Positions 23,126 through 34,437 of a DNA stretch of 37,669 nt are shown in pieces; positions within the stretch are counted from its first letter, which is position 1; the number at the start of each line of letters is the position of its first letter. Below the pieces are notes generated by a model. The model was given only the letters and a program-made list of their open reading frames with translations, did not search any database and was not told where the DNA came from. This stretch comes from Chiloscyllium plagiosum (lineage: Eukaryota), in contig NC_057758.1 of the NCBI RefSeq assembly GCF_004010195.1, forward strand, positions 4,379,437 through 4,417,105. The letters run 5' to 3'. The translations under genes were made by a program, and so were the position numbers.

Positions 23126-23349
23126 TTATACTATCATTTACCAACCCAACTTGCTAGTTTGTATTACAATAAGGAAGATGGAATTCCAAGTACAATCCTG
23201 TAAAATTATACGCATGTTCGTTATCCATTAGGCATGCAAAAAAAATGATCTTAGTGCTGTGTTAATCTAAACACGGCGAACACTCCCAGATACTTTGAGA
23301 TAACAGATATAATACACACAGACAGACAGTAAGATGAAGAGACAGAATG

Positions 23350-23705
23350 AATCCCACTATTAGTGCATGTACAGAAACAGAATCCCACCCTGACAGTGAG
23401 AGGTGGGCAGACATTCTTGGTCAGATACAGAACCAGACGGTGGATAATATGGGAAGAGTTCAATATTCACTTGCACTGTCAGATATTGACAGAAATGAGC
23501 AGAATCTGCTGCACATAACAAACACAGGACACTTTGCAGAAATGCCAACCAACAGTCGTTGCATTAACGTCTCAATCACGACTTTTTGATTGTAACAACG
23601 GTCAGACATCGAAGGGAAAACATTCTTAAACGATGTTATAGCATGTTTTTGTTTGAATAAAGTCTCCATAGAGGCCCTGTCCGTCCTTGTCATTCCCCAA
23701 AGAGC
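23350..23705 (+). pseudogene. Decayed Ig/TCR-like V segment with a degenerate 23-RSS
   Basis: VHVQKQNPTLTVRGGQTF (A/A' strand); AAT ATT CAC TTG CAC TGT CAG (three single changes from NIHWYRQ) at 23462-23482; NDVIACFC with Cys at 23650-23652. Then CATAGAG (23667-23673), a 23-nt spacer and CCAAAGAGC (23697-23705). Confidence 0.5.
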
Positions 23706-24009
23706 CTGTCCAATGTCATTAATTTTGTGTATACGCCCTTCTCTAATTTGCAATCTTAGTTTTTTAGCACTGTGAGTACAATCATTTGCCAGAATTCGGG
23801 ACTGTGACAGAGTTGGTCAAGTTTACATTTGCGTTCAATATTTTTGAAACAAATTAATTTTAGCATAGTTTATATCTATAAATCTTGCTGTTTATTGCTG
23901 AAAATGTCAGAGTGACACAGCAGAAGTTTCAAGAAACTATATTTTCATCCCTCGTTAAGCGGTTGTAAATGTAGTCTACCAGTATTTAACAAATATGAAA
24001 CAACACTTT

Positions 24010-24335
24010 TGTTAGATTTCTCAGAACAGGATTAACATATCTGAAATAATCCAATGCCATTCACAATCAAAGCTATGGGCTAGCCCGTACGTCCACAAGT
24101 ACTAAAACTTTCAGAGGGCTGTGGGATACAATAAAAGAAGAATACAATGGAATGTCAAAAGGTCAAAATATTATAGATTCTGAGCAGATCCTACAGCATT
24201 TGTGGAGAATGGATGACCGGGTAAACAGTTGATGGAGTTGCATCTGACAATGGTGTTTTTAGAACGTTAGTCCTCAGAATATCAGGTGGGAATTCTAACT
24301 TCAATGATTATAGAGTTTCGTCTTGTCTCTATTTA
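24010..24335 (+). pseudogene. Decayed Ig V-type relic, tandem with the 23350 segment
   Basis: PMPFTIKAMG*PVR, IQWNVKR and LVLRISGG..FNDYRVSSCL, parallel to IEGKTFLNDVIACFCL of the upstream relic. Confidence 0.35.
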
Positions 24336-24949
24336 AAGATTCCTATCTTGCATGACTATAACACACGTTGCTCTTGGTGCTTTCGCCTTGCGGAGATCCC
24401 ACACGTCCGAGGACAGGACCTTAACGCCAGAAATCTATACTTCTCCTTCCTGTACATTTTTTGCACCACCGTGTGCAAATTGTCAAAATATCCTCCGTTT
24501 ATAATCGCGAGAATCTGGCTCAGGGAGGCAGAATTCTGCACCTAACTCTCCACTCAGCATATTTTATAAATTGCGGGAAATACTCAGTGAATCAAATGGA
24601 ACACAACTCCCAATGCAAAATAATTCCCAAATATTATTAGTCAAGCATTGAATAAATTTGGGGAAGGCTCAAAAAGACTGAATATACCCCGCTTCACTAA
24701 TCATGCGTTTTAGGATTAACTTCCTTGTGTAGATTTGTAATGAGTCGCTCTTTAGATGAGTTTCCTTCCTCAGTAAACAAAACCCTTTTAAGAATCTATT
24801 TCGACCTCGATTCATGAGTCTAGCTTTCAGTGAAAGATAGACAGCTGCTCTAACAACATCTTATTTCCTGGACGAATTAAGGATGTCTAAATATAGACAG
24901 AATCTGAAATTTATTCTACAATTGAATTTGACATAAAATTCACCTCAGG

Positions 24950-25040
24950 ATTAGAGTGGTGCTGGAAAATCACAGCAGGTCAGCCATCATTCGAGGAGCA
25001 GGAAAATCGACATTTCGGGCCAGAGCCTTCCATCAGGAAG
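24950..25040 (+). mobile_element. Penelope-like terminal repeat fragment
   Basis: GAGTGGTGCTGGAAAATCACAGCAGG..TTTCGGGCCAGAGCCTTCCATCAGGA; the minus strand reads CCTGATGG AAGGCTCTGGCCC GAAA TGTC. Confidence 0.75.
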
Positions 25041-25330
25041 CCATCAAATTCAACGGTTGTTTCCTGTTGCATTTAATGAGAATCTCAAGTGTTATTTTAG
25101 CTGCACTCATCCAAGCGAATTTGAGAGTATTTCATTATATTTCAGTCATGTGCCTTGAAGATGGTGGATATGTATTTTGGAAAGTGGGGATGAGTTATAC
25201 GTCACAGAAGCCCTGACATCCAAAGTTTTCCTGCTGTTAGTGTCATACTGTGATAAGTACATTTCAAAGTCTGGGCAATAATAAACACCGTGATGTTGAT
25301 AGTTGGAGATTCACTGATGGCAAAGTCACT
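25040..25330 (-). mobile_element. L2/CR1-group LINE fragment
   Basis: Homologous to 21900-22300 (GCACTCATCCAAGC..GAGTATTTCAT..CATGTGCCTTG..GATGTTGATAGT.GGAGATTCA). Confidence 0.6.
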
Positions 25331-25639
25331 AAAGCAAAAATGAACAAGAATGCACAGATATTGGATTACTTATAATAGAAGCAACCATGAGAAATGCTTT
25401 TTTTTTTCTAACAGTAAGAATGTGGGTTGCCGAGTTAATGGCCTGAGCGTGTGTTTGAAACAGGTGCAGCTGATGCACTCAGTAATGCACTGGATGATCA
25501 TTGAAATATGAACAAGATTTCAGATATTGGAGAAATGAAAGAGGTATGACACGGTGCCGTGATGACCATTAAGATAGCTGCTGCAATGCACGTTGGGCCA
25601 AATTGCATAACACTGAAACAGCAACAACTATGCTGTAAT

Positions 25640-25944
25640 TGAATTGCTCTCAGATGTGGAAATGGAGAGCTGCTTCATCATTTGTTGTCAAATGTCACTT
25701 TTGTTGGCCTGAAATGGGGAAATCTATCAATTTTTTGTTTTAATCTTTTTCTGGTTGAATCACTTGGTCTTCTCTATCAGAATCGGACTTCATTGTTTGT
25801 CATGAAATACCCTGCAGTCATACAATTTTGACTCCTACTTTCTACGTATTGACGTTGCTTTCTTGTGCAAACATTTCAAATGATTTTGTAGGACGGTACC
25901 CGCTCTTGCCCTCGTCCTCCTGTTTCTGGTATATAAATATCTAC
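25640..25944 (-). pseudogene. Possible decayed Ig V-type relic
   Basis: Acceptor TATTTACAG, then LKC, DRF and NDEAALHF (cf. DEAxYYC) in the expected order. Frameshifted. Confidence 0.25.
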
Positions 25945-26201
25945 CTGTAAATAACTAACCACTTTAAAGTTCAGAGTGAATTTATTTTGCTGCTATTTAA
26001 AGTTTTGAGTTAAGCCTGCTTATTTCTTCCAAGCCTTCTGAAAGTTTATGTTTGATCTGGTGCCGTTGTTTCATTGCTGGTTCAGACACCAGCTGTGAAT
26101 GCATCTCCTCTGTTCCTTCATCTAAATCCGTCATCATTCATTCTCGATTCTCCTTCCGAACGATTCTCTGCGGATCCACTGTTTCCATTTGCTCTTTAGT
26201 T

Positions 26202-26935
26202 TTAGGCAGCTTCCAGCTTGTTTTTTTCTGTCGAAAACAGGTTTATAATTGTTGTAACCGCATATGCTAGCATTCTCTTCAACTGGTCTGTGATCTTGGA
26301 CTGAGTTGCAACATCAATTAATGTGTTTGTGCAGCAACATAAATTCGGCAATATTCGGCTACTTTCCCAAATAAATAATCATAATCATTATCGAAGAGAA
26401 TTTCAACTTTAAAAATAACCAAAATATACACTAACCATGGCAGTACAAAACTGCACGATATGGTGTGGAGTGCAATCCCAGGCTTCTGCACGCTTTCCAT
26501 CTCTGAGTTTTCATGATTCTGTACCTTGTTGTGAACATTCTGTGTCTTACGGACTCGAATAGCCACGAAAATGTATCAGTCAGAGCGTGAAACATCAGAA
26601 TTAAAGTTTATGGTAAAAATGACGCTAAAGCCTTATCAAACATTCTAAATCTAATCCATCCTCGGTCAGTAAAACAACTTTTCTGATGAGAATACTCCAG
26701 AAGAACATTGATATATACCAGTTTAGATTCAAATCGAAAGAAGATGAGAATGCTTATTAAACCAAGAGAAATACCATATGTTACAATGCGCACTGTAGCA
26801 GCTTTTTGTTTGCAATATTTACATTTTAGCTTCTGACAACATATCGATCAAAAGTAAACATGATGTTGAATTAGACTGAACTGTCTATGGTAATACAAAA
26901 CAAGAGGTAGCAAACTTTGCCCACAGCGATCGGTT
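26202..26935 (-). pseudogene. GPR139-like class A GPCR pseudogene (TM3 to C-terminus), shark-expanded type
   Basis: TIDSSV*FNIMFTFDRY/CQKLKCKYCKQKAATV (TM3 DRY and ICL2), GWIRFRMFDKALASFLP (TM5), IRVRK..NHENSEMES..TISCSFVLPW (ICL3-TM6) and CCTNTLIDVATQSKITDQLKRML.Y (TM7/H8). Contains stops and frameshifts. The 5' part is replaced by CR1 at ~26940. Confidence 0.85.
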
Positions 26936-27378
26936 AGATATCTGTGGGATTTGGAATTGAGTGACTACTCAAACATACGAGGCAGATGAAGGATAATTTG
27001 GATAAATGGGTGGTTAACCAGTCTCTTTGCAATTACAAGGAGACAATTAAAATTTGAACGGCGGGAGAGGGAGTGTGCATAAGGGGGAGGTGAAACGAGT
27101 CCTGGTGTTCCGATATACAAGTCACTGAATTTAAGCAAGAAGGCACAGCAAAAGGTGAAGAAAGCAAATGGTATGTTGCCTTCACAGCGAATGGATTTGA
27201 GTACAGGAGCAGGGATATGTTAATGAAATTGCACAGGGTCTAAGTGAGATCACACCTAGAATATTGTTTGCAAGTTTGGAATACTTATCCGATGAAAGAG
27301 GTTCTGGCTATTGAGGTCACATAACAAAGGCTTACAAGAGTGATTACTGGCATGACAGAACTCACAATGAGATATTGA

Positions 27379-27552
27379 CTGTCAGGATTAGAGTCTCAGT
27401 ATTGGGGATGACGTGCCAATATAAGGTGTTGTCTGTCAGAATGAAAGTCTCAGTGTGTGGAACGTGTGACAATATGAATTATTGTGTATCAGGATGAGCT
27501 CTCAGTGTGAGGGATGCCGTGTCAGTTTGAGGAATCGTCTGTGCAAGGATAG
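27379..27552. repeat. 53-54-bp minisatellite (~3.2 units) inside CR1
   Basis: Units start at 27379, 27433, 27486 and 27539 (TCAG.AT...TCTCAGT.TG.GG). Confidence 0.7.
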
Positions 27553-27709
27553 AATGGATTGCTTTGAACAAAATTCACTGTAGTTTCGTAGAGTGAGGAT
27601 CCCACAGACACTAATGAAATTCCAACAGGAATAACAATATAAATGCATGAAGGATGATCTCAATGTCTAGAGGGTCCAAAACAAGTGAGTTGCAGTTTAA
27701 GGATATGGG

Positions 27710-27867
27710 CAAATGCGAGGACAGCAGATGCTGAAAATCAGATTCTAGATTAGAGTGGTGCAGGAAAAGCACAGCAGGTTAGGCAGCATCCGAGTTGCAG
27801 GAAAAGCCCTTAATCAGAAATGGCTGCCTGATGAAGGACTTTTGCCTGAAACGTCGATTTTCCTGCT
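27710..27867. mobile_element. 158-bp Penelope-like terminal insert with 14-bp target-site duplication and hammerhead-like core
   Basis: TTTAAGGATATGGG at 27696-27709 and 27868-27881. CTGATGA (27828-27834)-AGGACTTTTGCCT-GAAA-CGTC. Confidence 0.8.
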
Positions 27868-29139
27868 TTTAAGGATATGGGGTAAGCCTTTCAGGACCGA
27901 GATGAGGAAATATTTATTTACTGAACCTGAGCTTGTGGAATTCACTATCACAAAAAACAGTTCAAGCAAAAACATTGAATTGTTCTGAGGGCTAAAGATA
28001 TCATACGGTATGGGTCTATAGTGGGGACAAGCTGCTGTGTAAAATGAAAAGCCATGATCATACTGAAGGAGGAGGAGGATTGGATGCCACAATTGCCTTG
28101 CTGTTGTTCCCATTTTCTACACATTTATTCTGTTAAATATGGCACACAAAAACAAAATGATTATAGCTGGCACTGCCTATCACCATTGAATGAAAACCCT
28201 TTAACTCCTTACCAAGCATTCACCACATGGACTGAAACAGTTCAATCAGTTAAGGAGATGAAGAATTATTTTGGAAGCTTATGGACTAGTTGCTCTGTCT
28301 CTCGTTTTGTTCCAATTGTTGAATGTTTTGAGAAAAGCAACGTAGTACGTAGGCAATAAGAAAATATTTCTGCAAGTTTTCTGGAACCGTTTATAGTCAC
28401 TGCGAACTTGAAAATTACATAATGTTCTAATGGTCTGTGAAAAACTCACTGTCCAAATATTACAGAAAATCTGGGCATTCATTGATTGAACCTACTAAAT
28501 TTAACGGACAATTTACATTTTCCCGTTTATTATATCCCTTATCTGTCTCTCTCAATCTGTGAGGAATGGCAGATCAGGCACAATCCTACTGAATGGCGGA
28601 ACATGCGGATGGATTTTGTTGGCTTACTCCATTTGCTCCTACATATGGTCTTCCAATAGACTGTAGAAAGAGCCATAACTAGTTGCACTGCCTGAGTGAG
28701 TGTGTTCCAGTGGCTGTGGAATGGCTTAACTTGATTGAAATAACATCACACCACATACAGTGCAGAGAAACTATATGGATGTTTTGTACATTGTATTAGA
28801 ATTTACGTGATTATCCAGCCCAGAGAGACAGAGATCCCAACGCTATGGAGATCCTGTGGAAAAACCAGAACAATGACTGTGATACAGTTGCCCACTTGAG
28901 CTAGCCACACAATGGTGCAGTTACACCGGGGACAGATCATTTCCCTGTTCCATGTGCAGGAAGGATTCAGTCAGATATACGGCTGTTGAGAGACTTGTAA
29001 GTTTACAGGGGGTTACGGGAGTTGGATTCGGGTAGGATTGCAGCGTTTCACTCCATCCTGCTTCATCTCTCCTTCATATTGGCCTTTTCACGCAGTAAGA
29101 CCACCCTCCCACCAGGAGTATTCAAACAAACCCTGAAAG

Positions 29140-29960
29140 TGGACATCTTCCAAAATTCTATGGACTCTGCAAAAGTTGTTGTGGATCAGACAGTAGCTAA
29201 TGCAATCCCAGTATTTAAGGAGGAGGGCAGAGAAAAAAGCAAGGAAGTGGTGGTGGGAAGAATGCTGGAGGCCATTATAAAAGGACTAATTGCCGACCAA
29301 TTGGAAAACAGTGGTAAGATCGGACAAGGCAGTATGGATTTACAAAAGGGAAATCATGCATGAGAAATCAGGAATGTTTTGAGAATGGAGCGGACAAGAG
29401 GGAGCCCAGTGGATGCACCATACTTGGCATTTAGAAGGCTTTCATTTAGGTTGCACATAAGACCTCAGCATGTTCATGAATTTGGAGATCGTGTATTGAA
29501 ATTCATTGAGGACCCGTTGGAAAACAGGAAGCAGGGGCGTAAGACAGGTTCTTTTTCCGATTGGCAGGCAGTGACGAGAGGGGTACTGAAGGAATCAGCG
29601 ATAACTTCGGCCCCAACTATTCACAATAAAGGTTACTTAGATCAGGAAAGCACGTGTCACATCTCGAATTTTTACACATTATATCGGGGAACTGAGAGGG
29701 CGCAGAGGAGATTTACTGGAATGTTGCCCAGGCCGGAGAGTGTCAGTTATGAAGAGTGATTGGACAGACTGGGGTAGATCCCTCATAGAAGAGTGGACAT
29801 GATATACAAACCAATAAGGAGCATAGACGTTACAGAAAGGGGGGAGAAAATCACCCTTCCACCATAATGGAGGGATTAATGTCTGGGGGCTTAGATGCAG
29901 AGAGGTTTGATGAGTTGTGAGGTAAATCTTTCTTTCATCCAGAGATTGGTAGGAATCTGT
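29140..29960 (+). mobile_element. Decayed CR1 ORF2 RT fragments
   Basis: IFQNSMDS..VANAIPVFKEEGREK..GRMLEAIIK, SFSDWQAVTRGV and ERAQRRFTGMLP..VSYEE. Confidence 0.8.
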
Positions 29961-30308
29961 ACACAGAGGTTACAGATCTTGCCTGTCTCGCCTTTCCCTA
30001 TTAGTGAATCCACTCAATCCAGTTAATAGTCCATTCAACCTTCTCTGAACCTCCTCCCAATATATTTACGATCTGCTATAAGTACGGCGACCAGTACTGA
30101 ACACAGCACACCAAGTGCAGTCTCGTCAGTATACAAGGGGACTTGCGCATAGCACATGTTGGCCCTTTGGCTTACAGTAATACTTTGTCACCAAGCCTAG
30201 ATTGTTTAAATTTACACAATTAATGTACAAACTGAAACAGGTTATGATTATTTTATCATAATAAGGCGATTTTCATTCCATTTTGTTAAGTTTTAAATTT
30301 GCTATACA

Positions 30309-30620
30309 GGAAATTGGAAATGGAGGATTTACAGATAGGAAGCTCAAATCAAACACCAGCTCAGGACCTGCCAGAAATCCTTGATTCTAAGCAGCCGAAT
30401 ATAATCAGCCTTTGAACATGGAAGGAAGAAGTGTTCTTTCCAGTGAAGAGAAAGCGCGTAGGTATCCGAGTGTTGACAAAACGTCAGTCAATTATATGAC
30501 CTATTAAAACACAAATGCAATCAGATCAGAGCGAAATGGCGGAAATGCGATGACTGAGGGAGAGGATTGCATTATCGCTCTGATCTCGAATTATAATACA
30601 GGCTGTGTCTATCTGAGATA
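30309..30620 (+). pseudogene. Possible decayed Ig V-type relic
   Basis: Acceptor TTTGCTATACAG; KSLILSS (B strand-like); AATACAGGCTGTGTCTATCTGA resembles DTAVYYC after one indel. Confidence 0.2.
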
Positions 30621-30679
30621 TATTTTATACAGTCTCAGAGATTTATTGAGGTCAACTATGACCTCAATTTGTGTTATAA

Positions 30680-33600
30680 TGCAGGAGTTGATCTTTCAGC
30701 CCCCTTAGCCTCCTTCTCCATAATGGATCATGGCTGATCATTTCTCTCAGTACCACATTCTCATGCTATCCTCATATTTCTAGCAATCCCTCCCTTCAGC
30801 ATAAAGAATGACTGAGCTTGCACATCCCTCTGGGGAAGAGAATTTCAAAGCGTCATCACCCCCTGAGTGCCGTTCTCATCTCAATCGGAAATAGCATGTC
30901 TATTATTCTGAGCCGCTGTGCCTAGTTGTGGACCTCATATTCAGGGAAAATATTATTTCTGCACCCCCAGTATTCTCTTTACCCCATTCTGAAATGTAAA
31001 CTCATCTCACATTCTTCTCAACGCCAGAGATCTCAGCCCCCCAAACTGCTCAATCTTTCCGAATACAATAGTCCCACCATCCCAGGAATGAGACTGGTGA
31101 AGCTCAACTGCACTCCAAGAGTGGCAAGTACATCCTTCTCAAGGCAAGACCATAAGATTTAGAAGCGAAAATCAGACCATACTGCCCATCGAATCTGCCC
31201 TACCATTACATTATGGCTGATATATTTTTCAATCCCATTCTTTGCATAATCCTCAATCTCCACACGAATCAAAACCTATCCATCACTTTCTGAAATATAG
31301 TCAATGAAGTGGACTCCACAGCCTTCTGTGGATGAATTCCATTGATTCACCACTCATTGGGTGAAGAGATTTCTTCTTTACACTGTAGCTTTGTCCTCAG
31401 TTCGTCGTCTCCCTGACCAATGGAAACATCTTCCCAACGTCAACTCTGTCCAGGACATTCAGTATTCTGGAAGTTTTAATTAAGTGTCTCCCCCATACTT
31501 CTAAACTCCATCGAGTATAAACCCAGAGTCCTGAAATGTTCCTCATATATTAGGCTGTTAATATCTGGGATGCTTCTCATGAACCTCCTCAGAACATGAT
31601 CCAGAGCCAGTACATCCTTACTAAGATATGTGGCCCAAAACTGCGAACAATACTTAAAATGTGAACTGGCCACATCCTTATCGAACTCCAGAAGTATATA
31701 TAGTCAAAACCTCTCAAATCAAATGCCAACATTGTAATTACCTTCCTAACTATGACTCAATGTACAAGTATACCTTGAGAGAATCGTGGAAAAGAGCTAC
31801 CAAGTAACTTTTCACTTCAGGCTTCTGAATTATCTCCATATTTAGAAAATAGTCCATGCTTCTATTCTTCTTACCAAAGTTCAGGCCCTCATACTTTCCC
31901 CGTGTATTCCATCTGCCACTTCTGTTTCCACTCTGCTAAACTGTCCGAATCATTCTGCAGCCTCCATGCCTCCTCAACGCTACCTGTACCTCCATCTATC
32001 ATTGCCGTCAGTTCAATAATCTAGATCGTTTATGTATAAAGAGAAAAGGTTGTGGTCCCAACACCACGCTTTGTTGAAGCACCAATTGTCATCGTCTGCC
32101 ATCCTGGCAAAGACCCTTATATACCATAATAAGACCAGAATTGTGCATACTTCTCTTGGTGTGGTCTCAGTGTTCTGCACAAGTGAAGCAAGAGTGCTTC
32201 AGTCCTCGAAAGCATTTGTAATAAAGAAGAGCGTCCTTCATGGGTTTTGGACCTGCCATATTAGCTTTCAGCGAGTTATGAACATTTTTGCTCATCTTAC
32301 CAATCTTCCACTATTTAAAAATTCCTTGCATGGGACAAATTCCTTCCCTATGAAGGGAAAAGCGCGAAATGTCTATTTTCCTGCTTCTCTGATGCTACCT
32401 GGCCTCCTGTGCTTTCTCAGTGCCACACTTTTCAAATTTGAACTCCAGCCACTGCAGTCCTCACTTTCTACTTACCTCTCATTTCCCCACATTATGTACC
32501 ATTAGCCATGCTCTTGGCCACTCTCTCATTTTGTCTCAACACTTTTGAGTCTCTTTGCAAATTCATTGCAATAGACACTTCCATTAAGTTTGTATTAGCT
32601 GCAAATTTGGGAATAGTATAAATCCACTCTTCCCCAATAATTCCCACATCTGGAACATTGATGTTAATTGAATAATTGGAGTGAAGCAATCGCCATTGTA
32701 TTAAACTATTGATTATAGACGAGCATCCTGAGAATGACCCATGTATTGTTTTGCTCTGCATTCTGCTTCTGAATCAGTCTTCAATCCATCCTGGTATATT
32801 ACTCACATTACGGTGCAGTTTACTTTTATTAATCACCTGCTGGAATGTTATCAAAAGCCACTATCTCAAGCATATATTTCTCTTAATAAATCGGTCTGCC
32901 CTGTTCAATCAGACTATTGCTTTCTAAATGTTCAGTAAGCATTTCATTTGTAATAAATTCTAGCATTTCTCATCAATTGACAGTAAAATAACAGATCAGC
33001 AGCTCCCTGTTGTTCCTCTCCCTCCTTTAACAAAGCCGAGATATTTACAACCTTTCAATCTGCCTGCACCATTGCAGAACTAAGCATAGAATCATAGAGT
33101 CATGCACGACAGAAACAGGACCTTCACTGCAACCCATTCATGCTGACCAGATATCCTAAAGTAATCTCGTCCCTTTTTCCAGAATTTGGCCCGTATCCCT
33201 CCGAAAATGTGCATTCATATAAACATCCAGATGCCTTTTAATGTTGTAATTATTCCAGCCTCCAGCAATTCTTCTGACAGCTCATTCCATACATACACCA
33301 TCATCTGTAGAAATCTTTTGCCCATTTTTATTGTTTCCCTCTCACACTAAACCTATGCCATCTAGTTGTGCATCCCCATACTCCAGAACAAAACCTTGAC
33401 TATTCACCCTAAGCATGCATGTCTTGGCTTTATTGAATTCAATAAGATCACTTCTCAGCCTCCGATGCCGAAAGAAAAAAACACACCAGCCGATTAAACC
33501 TCTCCCTGTTGCTCAAACCTTCCAGTCCTGTCAACATCCTTGTAATTTTTTTCATAAGTGTCTCAAATTTCACAACACATGTCCTGCAGCACAGAGACTA

Positions 33601-34030
33601 GAATTGTTCGTAATTGTCTAAGAGTGGCCTAAACGATGTCCTATAAAGCCACAAAATGACCACCCAACTCCTATATTCAAGTCATTAGTCAACAAAGACA
33701 AGCATACCACGTGCTATCTGCACTACCCTGTTTAATTGCAACTCTACGTTCAAGAAAATATGAACCTGCACTCCATGGTTTCTTTGTTTGGCAGCACTTT
33801 CAAGTAACTTACCATTTAGTGTGTAAGTCCTGCATTTTAACCGATTATTAGACATTTATTTATTATAACAACCACTTTATAACCCTTGACGATGAAACTT
33901 CTCAAAGTTAATTCCCGTTGATTTCTCCAATTCTACTTTTCACTAATGCTAGCACTTTCTATATTAGTTATTTCTGGAACAATACATCTATCTTCCTCTG
34001 TAAAGATTGACGCCAATAGTTAGAATCTCT
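30680..34030 (-). mobile_element. Stack of nested CR1 LINE fragments (at least 4)
   Basis: Separate 3' tails near 30680, 31148 and 33085. ORF2 motifs HFKYCSQFWATYLSKDVLALDHVLRRFMRSIP..YEEHFRTLGLYSMEFR and IPKFAANT (cf. KFADDTK). Confidence 0.85.
32340..32470 (-). mobile_element. Penelope-like terminal repeat fragment
   Basis: TATGAAGGG..GAAATGTCTATTTTCCTGCT..GATGCT.CCTGGCCT.CTGTGCTTT..CTGCAGTCCTCACTTT, the reverse orientation of the 34227 family head. Confidence 0.75.
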
Positions 34031-34226
34031 AATGGTTCTCTGTTTCCCAGTTTTGCATTCTTACAGCAGTTTGGACAATCCATTCAACAGCCTTTTCCTC
34101 GTCAATTGTGGAGGGGTCTGCATTCAGATCCATCACGACAGGACAGCAGGAAAGCATCAGCAGTTGGGATTTCATTGCGCAAATTGACCCAACGATTCTT
34201 TGCACTGTCTCCCCGCAGTATGAGCA

Positions 34227-34437
34227 AAAGTGAGGACTGCAAATGCCGGAGATTAGAATAGGGAGTGTGGTGCTAGAAAATCAGAGCAGGTCAGGCAGCA
34301 TCCGAAGAGCAGGAAAATCGATGTTTCAGGCAAAAGCTCTTCAATCCTGATGAAGAGCTTTTACCTGAAAAGTCGATTGTCGTGCTCCTCGGATGCTGTT
34401 TAACCTGCTGTGCTTTTCCAGAACCACATTCTAGACT
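34227..34437. mobile_element. Fold-back Penelope-like terminal element with a hammerhead-like core
   Basis: Arms at 34263-34343 and 34351-34431 are imperfect reverse complements. CTGATGA at 34347-34353 and GAAA at 34367-34370. Confidence 0.8.

Larger units (their letters stand above)
26940..28120 (+). mobile_element. CR1 LINE ORF2 3' half and UTR, with internal insertions
   Basis: KVKKANGML.F..GFEYRSRD, VRSHLEYCLQVW, WGKPFRTEMRKYLFT and the 3'UTR AGCCATGATCATACTGAA. Confidence 0.85.

Noticed and set aside
23460..23753. 97-aa minus-strand ORF as a real exon
   Set aside because: No recognisable family; it is antisense to the V relic.
24440..24700. Minus-strand V end with a CACGGTG heptamer
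   Set aside because: No nonamer and no convincing Cys or Trp.
28200..28960. Two further possible V relics on the minus strand (SQTIRTLCNF; SLFWFFH)
   Set aside because: Only one or two landmarks each; too degenerate to call.
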